Shown: positions 11,725 through 21,491 of the stretch, piece after piece | Layout: each line of letters begins with the position of its first letter | Numbering within the stretch: the stretch's first letter is position 1 | Assembly (NCBI GenBank): GCA_963848295.1 | Contig: CAWKDB010000002.1 | Location: 864,001 to 928,000 of the forward strand | Source of the DNA: an uncultured delta proteobacterium | GTDB taxonomy: Bacteria; Myxococcota_A; Polyangia; Haliangiales; Haliangiaceae | Reading direction: 5' to 3' | Length of the DNA stretch: 64,000 nt | Position numbers and translations under genes: made by a program | The notes under the pieces: model-generated | Told to the model about the DNA's origin: nothing | The model's input: the letters and a program-made list of their open reading frames with translations, nothing else | The model's database searches: none

Positions 11725-11742
11725 CCTCACCTTTACGTGAGG
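11725..11742. promoter_or_regulatory. Palindromic operator 2 upstream of the -35
   Basis: CCTCAC-ctttac-GTGAGG, same arms as operator 1. Confidence 0.7.
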
Positions 11743-11802
11743 GAGCTGGTGCTCGAGAGACCCACCGAGTGATTCTAGTATCTTGGTAGGCGCGACGCGG
11801 AG

Positions 11803-13380
11803 TTAGTTCGCCGTCGCGGTCGCTTCGAACGACCGGATCACCGTGACCTTGATCTGGCCCGGGAACGTCAGCTCGTCGGAGACCTGGGCTGCGATCTCGG
11901 TCGACATCTCGACCACCGCGAGATCGTCGACTTCGCGCTCGCGGACGTAGACCCGGAGCTCGCGCCCGCCTTGCACCGCATGGGCGTGACTGACGCCGCG
12001 GCGCTCGAAGCCGATGCGCTCGAGATCCTCGATCTTGGTCGAGAACCCTTCGGTCTGTTCGCGGCGCGCGCCCGGCCGTGCACCGCTCATCGCGTCGGAC
12101 GCGGCGACGAGGTATGCATAGACCGAGTTGCACGGTTCGTCGGCATGGTGCGCGCCGATCGCGTTCGCGATCACTTCGGGCTCGCCGAGCCGACGAGCGA
12201 TCTCGGCGCCGATCACCGCGTGGCTGCCTTCGATCTTGTGGGTCAGCGCCTTGCCGATGTCGTGCATCAGCGTCGCGCGCCTCGCGAGCTTCTCGTCGAG
12301 CCCGAGCTCGGCCGCCATCATGCCGGCGAGGAACGACGCCTCGACCGCGTGCAGCCATTGGTTCTGCGTGTAGCTCGTACGGAAGTTCAGCGCGCCGACG
12401 AGCTCGACAATCTCGGGATGCGCTTTCTGGATGCCGAGCGACTGGAACGCCTTCTTGCCGAGGCCGCGGATCTCTTGGTTGATGATCTCGCGCTGCTTGG
12501 TGGCCCACTCGTCGGGATGCGCGCGGGCATCGGCGACCGACTCCGGCTTCTTGCCGAACTTCGCGAGCGAGCGGCGCACGACCTCTTTGCCGACGCCGTC
12601 GAGCCCGTCGAGGCGAATCGCGTCTTTGTCGTCGTTGACGAGCAGCTGGATGCCGGCGACCTTCTCGAGCGCGCCGTGGATCGCGCTGTTGTTGTCGAGC
12701 AGGAGCGCGACCATGTCGGCGCCGACGCGCAGGTTCGACGCGTTGCGCTCGGTCAAGAAGTGCATCGAGCAGCGCGCCGCGGCGATCTCCATCACGCGCT
12801 TCGCCTCGCGGTCGTAGGCTGGATCCGACGTGGCCTGCTCGAGCACGCGCACGCTCGCGGCAGCTTTAGCGCGAGCATCGTCGAGCCAGCCGTCGCGCAT
12901 CCGCTTCGCGAGCTCCGCGGCGACGACCCCGGCGCGGGCTTCGAGCTGGGTGCGGCCGTCGCGGCGACGGTTGTCGATCTCGCGCTCGAGCCCGGCGCTG
13001 CGATCGCGGCGCGAGTCGACTTCGCGCTGGGCCAGCTCGACCTGCGCCTCGCGCTGCTCGAGCTGATCGGCGGCGGCGGCGAGCTTGACGACCGCAGCCT
13101 GGACGCGATCCTCGCGGCGCTGGAGCTCGGCCTCGGCGCGCGCGAGCTGCTCGTCGGTCGCCGCGATCTGGTCGAGCGCTTCGGCGCGTGCCGCGGTCTC
13201 GAGCGCGCGGCGGTGAGCCGAGGCCTCCACACCGGCGGCGGCGACCGCAGCCGCGGCGGCGGATCGGGCTTCGGCAACGGCGCGCGTCGCGATCCGCTTC
13301 GCCTCCGCGGCGGCAGCGCGGGCCGCCACGATCGCGGTCGCGATCGCAGCGATGGCACCGGCGACGAGCGCGATCAACAT
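11803..13380 (-). CDS. rny: Ribonuclease Y-like protein
   Basis: N-terminal TM, coiled coil, FRTSYTQN, LMHDIGKA, AHH, DAMSGARPGARRE, LTFPGQIKVTVIR. Confidence 0.85.
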   Translation of the reverse strand: MLIALVAGAIAAIATAIVAARAAAAEAKRIATRAVAEARSAAAAAVAAAGVEASAHRRALETAARAEALDQIAATDEQLARAEAELQRREDRVQAAVVKLAAAADQLEQREAQVELAQREVDSRRDRSAGLEREIDNRRRDGRTQLEARAGVVAAELAKRMRDGWLDDARAKAAASVRVLEQATSDPAYDREAKRVMEIAAARCSMHFLTERNASNLRVGADMVALLLDNNSAIHGALEKVAGIQLLVNDDKDAIRLDGLDGVGKEVVRRSLAKFGKKPESVADARAHPDEWATKQREIINQEIRGLGKKAFQSLGIQKAHPEIVELVGALNFRTSYTQNQWLHAVEASFLAGMMAAELGLDEKLARRATLMHDIGKALTHKIEGSHAVIGAEIARRLGEPEVIANAIGAHHADEPCNSVYAYLVAASDAMSGARPGARREQTEGFSTKIEDLERIGFERRGVSHAHAVQGGRELRVYVREREVDDLAVVEMSTEIAAQVSDELTFPGQIKVTVIRSFEATATAN

Positions 13381-13417
13381 CTCGCCAGCATGCCGAGCCC
13401 GAGCGATTCGGGCAAGC

Positions 13418-15337
13418 TCACATGTCCTCGGGGCGCATCAGGCCGTTCGTATTATCGGCCTTGGGCGGCTTGGTCTTGGTCCCGGTCTGGGGCGCGACCT
13501 GCGGGGTCCTGGGAATGACCGGGATGCGCTCGAGATCGACGAGGATCACCGCGTTGCCGCTGATCGTCACCGACTTGGTCTTGTGCCGGTAGCCGGCGAG
13601 CTCGAGCTCGAACGCGATCGGGTGCGACGACACCGGCAGCGTCAGCCGCAGCGGCGTCTTGCCCGCCGGTCCGGGCGCGGCGCCGGGATAGGTCACGGAT
13701 GCACCTTGCGGGGTGCTGTCGATGACGACGACCGCAGGAGGACCCGATGGTGCGGTCGCCTTGCCGCTGCCGCTGCCGCTGCCGACACCGTTGCCGCTGC
13801 CGCTGCCGCTGCCGCTGCCGCTGCCGCTGCCGACGCCGCTGCCGTTGCCGTTGCCGAGGCCGTTGCCGACACCGCTGCCGCTGCCGCTGCCGCTGCCGAC
13901 GCCGCTACCGTTGCCGACGCCGACGCCGACTGATGACATCGCGCTGCCGGCCGCGATCGCTGGGTGCGTCGCCGATCCACTCGCACTGCCCGCCGCGACC
14001 TTCGCGCTACCGAGCGGTGAGCCCGCACCATCGATCGAGCTCGCGACCGCGGTCCCCTTGCGGCCGAACCACGCGACCGCGAACGCGCCACCGCCGAGCC
14101 CGAGGATCAGGCCGAGGACGAGCACCACCGGCCACATCCGGCGCGGGGGCCGCGACGAGTAGCCGAGCGGCGTCGCGATCCGCATCGTGTTCATCTTCGG
14201 CTGCGTCGGCGCGGCGAGATCGGGTCCGGGCGCCTGGCGCGGCGGCACGAGCGCGACGTCCGCGATCATCGTGCGCGCTTGCGAGCCGGATGCGTGGCCG
14301 ACCGATGGCGGTGGCGCGGCGAGCGGCAAGTAGCCACCGGCGGTCCCGATCTCGGTGCGTTGCGCCGCCGGTTGCTGAGCCGGCTGCGCGGCCTGTTGCT
14401 GCGCGGCGAACGCGATCATCGTCTTCGCGTCGACCGGCGCTTGTCCCGGAGCGATCGAGCGCGCCGGCGAGATCGGCGGTGACGTGCCGAGATACTTCTC
14501 GGGATCGAGCAGCGCGTCGCGCAGCTGGGTCATCGTCGGGAATCGCGAGTCCGGCGCCTTCGCGAGACAGCGCAGCAAGATCTGCTCGACGCTCGGCGCG
14601 ATCGATGCGTTGATCGCGCGCGGCGCGGGTGGCAGCTGGGTCACTTGCTTGACCAGGACCTCGCCCATGGTCTCGCCGTCGAACGGGAGCACGCCGGTCA
14701 TCATCTGGAACAGCAAGACGCCGAGCGCATAGATATCGGTGCGGTTGTCGAGGTTCGGCCGGCTCTCGCACGCCTCGGGCGACATGTACTGCGGCGTCCC
14801 GAGCAGCACGCCGGCGGCGGTCTTCACCGCGTTCTGGCCGCTCTGGAACATCTTGGCCAAGCCGAAGTCGAGCAGCTTCACGAAGTCGCGATCGCCGAGC
14901 CGCGTCGTCAACATCACGTTGTCCGGTTTGAGATCGCGGTGGATGATGCCGCACGCGTGTGCGGCACCGAGCGCAGCGGCGACCTGAGCGCCGATGTGGA
15001 GCGCGCGCATGACGTCGAGCACGCGCTGCTTCGACAGCAACGCGGCGAGGGTTTCTCCCTCGAGATACTCCATGATGTAGAAGTGGTCGCCGTCCGGGGT
15101 CACGCCGAAGTCGTGGATCTCGACGATGTGCTCGCTACCGATCTTGTTGACCGCCTTCGCCTCTTGAAAGAATCGCTGGACGACCTCGCGATTGCCGGCC
15201 AGCTCGCGGTGGATCACCTTGAGCGCGACCCGCTTGCCGATCGTCGGATGCTCCGCGAGATAGACCGCACCCATCCCGCCGGTGCCGATCTTCGACAGCA
15301 CGACGTAGTTGCCGATGGATTGCCCGGCCGCGATCAA
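13418..15337 (-). CDS. Membrane Ser/Thr protein kinase with Gly-Ser linker and PEGA-like C-terminus
   Basis: [34 protein letters not shown] segment; start approximate (TTG). Confidence 0.9.
   Translation of the reverse strand: MIAAGQSIGNYVVLSKIGTGGMGAVYLAEHPTIGKRVALKVIHRELAGNREVVQRFFQEAKAVNKIGSEHIVEIHDFGVTPDGDHFYIMEYLEGETLAALLSKQRVLDVMRALHIGAQVAAALGAAHACGIIHRDLKPDNVMLTTRLGDRDFVKLLDFGLAKMFQSGQNAVKTAAGVLLGTPQYMSPEACESRPNLDNRTDIYALGVLLFQMMTGVLPFDGETMGEVLVKQVTQLPPAPRAINASIAPSVEQILLRCLAKAPDSRFPTMTQLRDALLDPEKYLGTSPPISPARSIAPGQAPVDAKTMIAFAAQQQAAQPAQQPAAQRTEIGTAGGYLPLAAPPPSVGHASGSQARTMIADVALVPPRQAPGPDLAAPTQPKMNTMRIATPLGYSSRPPRRMWPVVLVLGLILGLGGGAFAVAWFGRKGTAVASSIDGAGSPLGSAKVAAGSASGSATHPAIAAGSAMSSVGVGVGNGSGVGSGSGSGSGVGNGLGNGNGSGVGSGSGSGSGSGSGNGVGSGSGSGKATAPSGPPAVVVIDSTPQGASVTYPGAAPGPAGKTPLRLTLPVSSHPIAFELELAGYRHKTKSVTISGNAVILVDLERIPVIPRTPQVAPQTGTKTKPPKADNTNGLMRPEDM
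13760..13930. repeat. Hexamer tandem repeat encoding a (GS)n linker
   Basis: Repeated ccgctg/ccgttg/ccgacg units. Confidence 0.8.
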
Positions 15338-15399
15338 GGAGCACCGCGGATTGTAGCGCAAACGTTGGTAACCCCGCGTTCCGCCGTCCGATCGCCTGA

Positions 15400-15457
15400 G
15401 ATCGTGTACGAGTACGTGCACGTGCCACGTGACACGTGGACGTCCACGTTTACGATC
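15400..15457. repeat. Intergenic CACGT-rich palindromic element, copy 1
   Basis: GATCGT...acgtgcacgtgccacgtgacacgtggacgtccacg...ACGATC; related copy at 25873-25918. Confidence 0.65.
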
Positions 15458-15479
15458 CGGATCTGCGGTCCCCGCGCAG

Positions 15480-15508
15480 TTGCCATAACCCTCACGTGAG
15501 GGTAAGGT
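15480..15508 (+). promoter_or_regulatory. erpA promoter containing operator 3 (15490-15507)
   Basis: TTGCCA-N17-TAAGGT, 7 nt before ATG; CCTCAC-gtgagg-GTAAGG spans the spacer and -10. Confidence 0.65.
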
Positions 15509-15515
15509 CGTTTCG

Positions 15516-15899
15516 ATGTCTGAAGCGCTCGCGTCTTTCCAATCAGTTCCTGATGAGGCTCCCGGCCCGGAGTCTATGTTGCTGATCACGCCCGGTGCGG
15601 CGGTCAAGGTCAACGAGATCCGCGAGGCCGAGGCGATCGAGCCGTCGATGGCGCTGCGCTTGCGCGTGGTCGGCGGCGGTTGCGCCGGGTTCTCGTACGA
15701 CCTGTACTTCGACGAGCCCGCCGAGGTCGATCGCCAGTTCTCGGTCGCGGGCGTCAAGTGCGTCGTCGACGAGATGAGCCTGATGTACCTGGTCGGCACA
15801 GAGGTCGACTACGTCGAGGGCCTGCAAGGCGCCGGCTTCAAGTTCAACAACCCGAACGTCAAGTCGACATGCGGGTGCGGTTCGTCGTTCAGCGTTTAG
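15516..15899 (+). CDS. erpA: A-type Fe-S carrier ErpA
   Basis: LRVVGGGCAGFSY, VDEMSLMYLVGTEVDYVEGLQG, CGCGSSFSV. Confidence 0.88.
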   Translation: MSEALASFQSVPDEAPGPESMLLITPGAAVKVNEIREAEAIEPSMALRLRVVGGGCAGFSYDLYFDEPAEVDRQFSVAGVKCVVDEMSLMYLVGTEVDYVEGLQGAGFKFNNPNVKSTCGCGSSFSV

Positions 15900-15917
15900 T
15901 CGGCGTATAACTCCGCG

Positions 15918-17327
15918 GTGAGCACGATCGCCGCTGCGCTCGAGCGCGAGCTCGGCCCCGACGCCGTGATCGGTCCCGCCGACCACCGGCTCGAGGACTA
16001 CGGCAAGGACGAGAGCCCTTTGCCGGTGTTCTATCCGCCGGAGTGCGCGGTGCTATGCGCGTCGACGGAACAGGTCTCCGCGGTGTTGCGGATCTGCGCC
16101 GAGCGCGATGTCCCGATCACGCCGCGTGGCGCGGGCAGCGGGATGTGCGGCGGGGCGTTGCCGATCAAGGGCGGGGTCGTGCTGTCGACCGAGCGCATGA
16201 CCCGGATCAAAGAGATCGATCCCGGCGATCTGGTGTGCGTCACCGAGCCCGGCGTCATCACCGGTCAGCTGCAAGAGGCGGTCGAAGCGCAGGGTTTGTT
16301 CTACCCGCCCGATCCGGCATCGCTCGAGTACTGCTCGATCGGTGGCAATGCTTCGACGAACGCCGGTGGGCCGCGCGCGTTCAAGTACGGCGTCACGCGC
16401 GAATACATTCTGGGTCTCGAGGTCGCGCTCGTCGGCGGCGAGGTGCTGCGCTGCGGCCGGCGCACCGCGAAGGGCGTGACGAGCTACGACTTGGTCGCCG
16501 GCTTCGTCGGCACCGAGGGCACGTTCGGGGTGATCACCGAGCTCACCTTGAAGCTGCTGCCGAAACCAGCCGCGGCCGCGACCGTGCTCGGCGTGTTTGC
16601 CGACGTGCCGGCGGCGGGCGCCGCGATCACCGCGCTGTTGCGCGACGGCCTGCGCCCGCGCGTGCTCGAGCTCGCCGATCGCGCCTCGATCGATCACATC
16701 CGCGCGAAGAGTCGCTACCGGTTTCCGGCGAGCTCCGGCGCGATCGTGTTGATCGAGGTCGACGGCGATCCCGACGAGATGCCGGCCCAGATGGAGCGCA
16801 TCGGCATGCGCTGCGACGAGCTCGGCGCGATCGACGTGCTCGCCGCGACCGAAGCCGCCGAACGTCGCGCGGTGTGGGAAGCGCGCCGGCTGATCTCGCC
16901 TTCGCTCAAGGAAGCCCATCGCATCAAGGTCAACGAGGACGTGTGCGTGCCGCGCGGCCGGATCGTCGAGATGCTCGCGCGGGTCGAACGGGTCTCGGCC
17001 GAGACCGGCATCGCGACCGCGGTGTTCGGCCATGCCGGCGACGGCAACCTCCACGTGAATCTCCTGTCGAACGAAGATCCGGCCGATCCCGCGGTGCGCG
17101 ACAAGATGTGGGGCGCCGCGCGTCGCGTGTTCGCCCACACCGTCGAGCTCGGCGGCACGTTGTCGGGCGAGCACGGCGTCGGGTTGACCAAGCGCGACTA
17201 CATCGCGATGGAGCAGAGCGCGCAGCTGATCGAGTGGCAGCGCAAGTGGAAGGCGATGTGGGATCCGCGCGGCCTGCTCAACCCGGGCAAGCGCCTGCCG
17301 GAGCGCGCGCCGGCGTGTAGCGAGTAG
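15918..17327 (+). CDS. glcD: FAD-linked oxidase, GlcD/D-lactate dehydrogenase family
   Basis: PPDPAS, GGNASTNAGG..KYGVT, GHAGDGNLH, SGEHGVG, LNPGK. Confidence 0.85.
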   Translation: MSTIAAALERELGPDAVIGPADHRLEDYGKDESPLPVFYPPECAVLCASTEQVSAVLRICAERDVPITPRGAGSGMCGGALPIKGGVVLSTERMTRIKEIDPGDLVCVTEPGVITGQLQEAVEAQGLFYPPDPASLEYCSIGGNASTNAGGPRAFKYGVTREYILGLEVALVGGEVLRCGRRTAKGVTSYDLVAGFVGTEGTFGVITELTLKLLPKPAAAATVLGVFADVPAAGAAITALLRDGLRPRVLELADRASIDHIRAKSRYRFPASSGAIVLIEVDGDPDEMPAQMERIGMRCDELGAIDVLAATEAAERRAVWEARRLISPSLKEAHRIKVNEDVCVPRGRIVEMLARVERVSAETGIATAVFGHAGDGNLHVNLLSNEDPADPAVRDKMWGAARRVFAHTVELGGTLSGEHGVGLTKRDYIAMEQSAQLIEWQRKWKAMWDPRGLLNPGKRLPERAPACSE

Positions 17328-17392
17328 CGTCACACCCGGCGCAGCGTGGTTGTTACGTCGTCTCCGCGGCGCGATGCGCTACGGTCGCCGCG

Positions 17393-18397
17393 ATGAAGTG
17401 GCTCGGCACCGGAGCGCTCGTAGCGTGGACCGGCATCGCAGGCGCAGCACCCAAGCCGGCGTGCATCGTCGGCGGTGATCACATCACGCTCGATCACGTG
17501 ATCGTGCACCTCGACTCCGGCGCCACGCTCGATCTCCTCGTGCAGGACGTCCCGATCGTCGCGACGCTCGGGACCAAGGCGCCGGTCGCGCTCGCGATCG
17601 ATGGCGCGATCGCGTTCCGCGCCACCACGGCGTCGGTGTGGTTCTCGCTCGTCACTCGAACGACCTCGAGCGACGGCCTCGTCGTGATGGGCGCGTGGTC
17701 GCGGTTCGTCGCAGACCACGCCGACGGCGCGGACATGATCGGCAATGCGGTCATCTACTCGGACGACGTGATGCAAGGCGAAGCGAAGTCTCCGAACGAG
17801 CTGGTGGCGAACCTCCGCGTCGCGTGCGATCGGTTGTCGCTCGAGTGGGGCTCGACCGAGCAGCTGCCCGACGCGACGCGTGACGGGACGCAGTGGCAGT
17901 CTGTCAACGGTAAGAACCGGCTCGTGCTCTATCGCGAGCCGAAGCTCGGCGCATCGAGCGTGGTCTACAGCTCGCCGAGCTGCATCGGCTCGTGCTTCTC
18001 GCTCGTCGGCATCAGCCATCGCGACGGCTGGCGCGAGGTCGCAGCGCACAACGAGGGCGTCGCGGTAACGGGTTGGGTACCCGAACGCGAGCTGACGCTG
18101 GTTCCGAACGATGTCGGGCTCGGCTACAGCTACGAGTGCGCCGGTCACCACTTCGACAGCCGGTTCAACTCGTTGTTCTTCGACGCGACGCCGGCGATCT
18201 CGACGCAGATCAAGGTCGGAACGACGATCTTCGCCACGCCCGGGAAGGACGCGTGGGCGATCGTGCGCACCAATACGACCTTCGACGTGGTGAAGACGCC
18301 CGGCTCGGCGTGGGCTGAGGTGATCCGCATCCCCGGCATCGCCCGGCCCGGGCTGCGCGCGTACGTGCCGGTGTCCGCACTCGTATCGGCGCCGTAG
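17393..18397 (+). CDS. Secreted hypothetical protein
   Basis: N-terminal signal peptide; SH3-like W..V...GWV segment. Confidence 0.6.
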   Translation: MKWLGTGALVAWTGIAGAAPKPACIVGGDHITLDHVIVHLDSGATLDLLVQDVPIVATLGTKAPVALAIDGAIAFRATTASVWFSLVTRTTSSDGLVVMGAWSRFVADHADGADMIGNAVIYSDDVMQGEAKSPNELVANLRVACDRLSLEWGSTEQLPDATRDGTQWQSVNGKNRLVLYREPKLGASSVVYSSPSCIGSCFSLVGISHRDGWREVAAHNEGVAVTGWVPERELTLVPNDVGLGYSYECAGHHFDSRFNSLFFDATPAISTQIKVGTTIFATPGKDAWAIVRTNTTFDVVKTPGSAWAEVIRIPGIARPGLRAYVPVSALVSAP

Positions 18398-18405
18398 CCA
18401 AAGCC

Positions 18406-20631
18406 GTGTACCTTCGCGCGGTGGACGTGCTCGCGGATACGGCGGTCGCGCTCGCGGCTGTCCGGTCGCCGGACGAAGCGTTCGCCGCGGCGTTTCCGGA
18501 GGTCGGGGCGCTGTCGTACCCCGCCCCGCCGCAGGTCGAGCACGACGTCGCGCCCGACGGCAAGCCGTTGCTCGATCACGTGACGCGCTTGCTCGCCAAG
18601 CTCGCCGCGCTCGAGACTGGCGAGCTCGCGGGCTGGCAGCCGGGCCTGAGCGCGACGGCGTTCGCGACCCTCGCCGCGACGGTCGAGCGCGTCCGCGGCG
18701 CCGGGCTGTTGCCGACGTTGCGCGCGGCGATCCTCCACCTCGACATCGCGAAGACCGCCGACCCGGCGCGCCGCGCCGCGTGGCACGCCCAGGGCATCGC
18801 GCTCGACATCCACAACGAAGCCGCAGCACGCATCGTGCGCGACCGAGCGAGCACGTGGCCGCTCGGCGAGCTCGCGATCGCTTGGATCGCCGCACACGGG
18901 CTCGCCGGTCAGCACGTCCGCGGCGAAGGCCCGATCGCGATGCTCGCGCCGCTCGTCGGGGCGCTGCGCACGCTCGCACCGCACGTGCCGTCTGCGCGCG
19001 CGCTCGATGCGATGCACGTGCTCGATGCATGCGACACCGCGGCGGTGCGCGAAGGGCTCGTCGACGATGCGCTGCTCGCCGAGCTCGCTCGCGTCCGCGA
19101 CCGGCTCGCGCTCGCGGTCGCGCGAACCGACGTCGAGCCCGAAGCTGGGCTCGCGGCGCCGCCGCCCGATCGCGCCGAGCTCGCCGATCGCCTGCGGGCG
19201 TTGCGCGCGGGGCGGCAACGCGCCGGCGAGCCTGCCGCCGCGGTCACTGCCGCGGTCGCCGCGATCGGCGACCCCGAGCTCGCCGCGCTCGCGCCGGCGC
19301 TCGCGACATGTCAGCTGTGGTACTGCGAGGCCGCGACGAGCGCGCTGTCACCCGCCGCGCAGCTCGCGGTGATCGCCGCCGCGGTCGGTGCGGCTCGCAA
19401 CCACGGCGTCGACGTCACGCGGCCGTGGCACGCGCAGCTCCAGCCACTCGTCGCGCGCTTGCACGGCGACGCACCGGCGACCCGCTATCGGCTGCGGCTG
19501 GTCGAGGCCGCGCTCGCCGGACGCTCGATCCGCGAGCTCGTCACCGGCGGCGCCGGACTCGGCCCGCTCGGCTCGATGTCCGCGACGCTGTCGGCGACGA
19601 CCGGCCACGGCGCCGCGAACGCCGTCGTGGTCGATTTTACCGCGAGCCCGGAAGCCGACGCGCTGATCACGTTGCTCCCGATCTACGAGACGCGCTCGCA
19701 GGCGGCGTTTCACCAGATGCTCAAGTCGTTGTGCGACCTCTACGGACTGCGCAAGGACGACTTCGATCGCGTCGCGAACGAGGCGAGCTACCTCGAGACG
19801 ATGAACGCCGCGCGCACCGACAAGCAACGCATGCTCGACTTCGTAAAGCCCGGCCGCATCGTCGAGATCGGCCCCGGTGGCGGCGTCGTGCTCGACCTGC
19901 TCGAAGATCGATTCCCGACCGCCGAGATCATCGGCGTCGATCTCTCGCGCGAAGTGATCGCCGCCCTCGGCGCGCGCGCGAAAGCGAATGGCCGGCGCTG
20001 GCGCGTCGTGCTCGGAGCCGCCGAGCAGCTCGAGGACCTGGTGGGCAGCGGCTCGATCGACGGCGTCGTGTTCTGTTCGATCTTGCACGAGGTGTTCTCG
20101 TACACCGAGCCGCACTTCCGGCTCGAATCGGTGCGCGACGTGATTCGCGCGGCCTGGCGCGTGCTCCGCCCCGGGGGCCGGATCGTGATCCGCGACGGAG
20201 TCATGCCACCGCCCGGCACACGCCGCCTCGCGTTTGTCGCGGCCGACGCGCGGCCGACGTTCGAGCTCTACGCCGCGCAGTTCGTCGGCCGCAAGATCGC
20301 GTTTCGCGAGCTGCCCGACGGTCGCGTCGAGCTATCGACCGCCGATGCGATGGAGTTCCTCTATACGTACACGTGGGGCCCGGCGAGCTTCCCGTACGAA
20401 GTGCGCGAGCTGTACGGGATCATGACGTACGACGCGTATGTCGCCGCGCTCGTCGACTGGGTCGGCGGCCCAGGGCAGGCCCGCATCGTCGACATCCCCG
20501 CGGACCAGCGCAGTTACTTGCAGCCCGGCTATCGCACCGGCCTGGCCGGCAAGATCGCGCTCACCGACGGACAAGATCTGCCGGTCGAGCTCCCCGATTC
20601 CAACTGCCTGATCGCGATCGAGAAACCCTGA
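18406..20631 (+). CDS. Class I SAM-dependent methyltransferase with HD-like N-terminal region
   Basis: IVEIGPGGG, IGVDLS, CSILHEV, LRPGGRIVIRDG; N-terminal DH...LHLDIAK...IHN. Confidence 0.78.
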   Translation: MYLRAVDVLADTAVALAAVRSPDEAFAAAFPEVGALSYPAPPQVEHDVAPDGKPLLDHVTRLLAKLAALETGELAGWQPGLSATAFATLAATVERVRGAGLLPTLRAAILHLDIAKTADPARRAAWHAQGIALDIHNEAAARIVRDRASTWPLGELAIAWIAAHGLAGQHVRGEGPIAMLAPLVGALRTLAPHVPSARALDAMHVLDACDTAAVREGLVDDALLAELARVRDRLALAVARTDVEPEAGLAAPPPDRAELADRLRALRAGRQRAGEPAAAVTAAVAAIGDPELAALAPALATCQLWYCEAATSALSPAAQLAVIAAAVGAARNHGVDVTRPWHAQLQPLVARLHGDAPATRYRLRLVEAALAGRSIRELVTGGAGLGPLGSMSATLSATTGHGAANAVVVDFTASPEADALITLLPIYETRSQAAFHQMLKSLCDLYGLRKDDFDRVANEASYLETMNAARTDKQRMLDFVKPGRIVEIGPGGGVVLDLLEDRFPTAEIIGVDLSREVIAALGARAKANGRRWRVVLGAAEQLEDLVGSGSIDGVVFCSILHEVFSYTEPHFRLESVRDVIRAAWRVLRPGGRIVIRDGVMPPPGTRRLAFVAADARPTFELYAAQFVGRKIAFRELPDGRVELSTADAMEFLYTYTWGPASFPYEVRELYGIMTYDAYVAALVDWVGGPGQARIVDIPADQRSYLQPGYRTGLAGKIALTDGQDLPVELPDSNCLIAIEKP

Positions 20632-20677
20632 GCGCCACTTCACCGAGGGGCCGCAGCGCGCGTGGTAACTTCGCAGC

Positions 20678-21475
20678 ATGTGGCGCTGGCTCTTTGTGAT
20701 GCTGGCGGCGTGCGGGCGTCTCGCCTTCGATCCGGTGGCACCCGGCGACGCAGCGACGCGCACCGACTCACCGGCGACCGGCGACGGCGGTGCGCCGACG
20801 ACCGGCCTCGTCGGGTGGTGGAAGCTCGACGATGCGATGGGCTCCACGGCGATCGACTCGTCGGGCAATGGCAACACCGGGACCCTAATGGGCGGCCCGA
20901 CCTGGGGCGCCGGTGAGATCGGTGGCGCACTCGGGTTTGCCGGTGACGCGTCCGGCCAGTTCGTCGATGTCCCCGATGCGGCCGTGCTTCAGCTCGCCGG
21001 ATCGTGGACCGTCGCGACGTGGGTCAACCTCACGGCGCTTCCGGCTGCCGGCGACTACGATACGTTGGTAGCGAAGTCGACCGCGGGCGGGTTCGCCAAC
21101 TACAACCTGCTCGTCGACAATGGCCACGTGAATGCCGGGATGGGGTGGATGATCGCGTACAACGGCAACGGCGTTGGCGCGTGCGGGATCGCGAACGCGG
21201 AATCGCCGTCGCCGCCCTCGCTGGGAACGTGGACCCACCTCGCGAGCGTCTACGACGAGACCGCGCAGACGCTGACGCTCTATGTCGACGGCGCGGCGGT
21301 CGCGGTGAGCGACGAGACCGACTGTGCTCCAGCACAGACCGGCGGTGGCGAAGACCTGACGCTCGGGACCGAATACGGCGGCGGCGTGACGATGCTCGCC
21401 GGCGTCCTCGACGACGTCCACGTCTATAACCGCGCTCTCTCGGCGGCCGAGATCACCCAGGTCATGACGCCGTGA
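20678..21475 (+). CDS. LamG/concanavalin-like domain lipoprotein
   Basis: LAAC lipobox; GLVGWWKLD..DSSGNGNTG; LDDVHVYNRALS. Confidence 0.85.
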   Translation: MWRWLFVMLAACGRLAFDPVAPGDAATRTDSPATGDGGAPTTGLVGWWKLDDAMGSTAIDSSGNGNTGTLMGGPTWGAGEIGGALGFAGDASGQFVDVPDAAVLQLAGSWTVATWVNLTALPAAGDYDTLVAKSTAGGFANYNLLVDNGHVNAGMGWMIAYNGNGVGACGIANAESPSPPSLGTWTHLASVYDETAQTLTLYVDGAAVAVSDETDCAPAQTGGGEDLTLGTEYGGGVTMLAGVLDDVHVYNRALSAAEITQVMTP

Positions 21476-21491
21476 TCGCGGTGGCAGCGCG

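Noticed and set aside
13713..14613. Poly-LP and poly-CR ORFs (and poly-VG at 34607-35074)
   Set aside because: Antisense readings of the kinase GS and PT linkers
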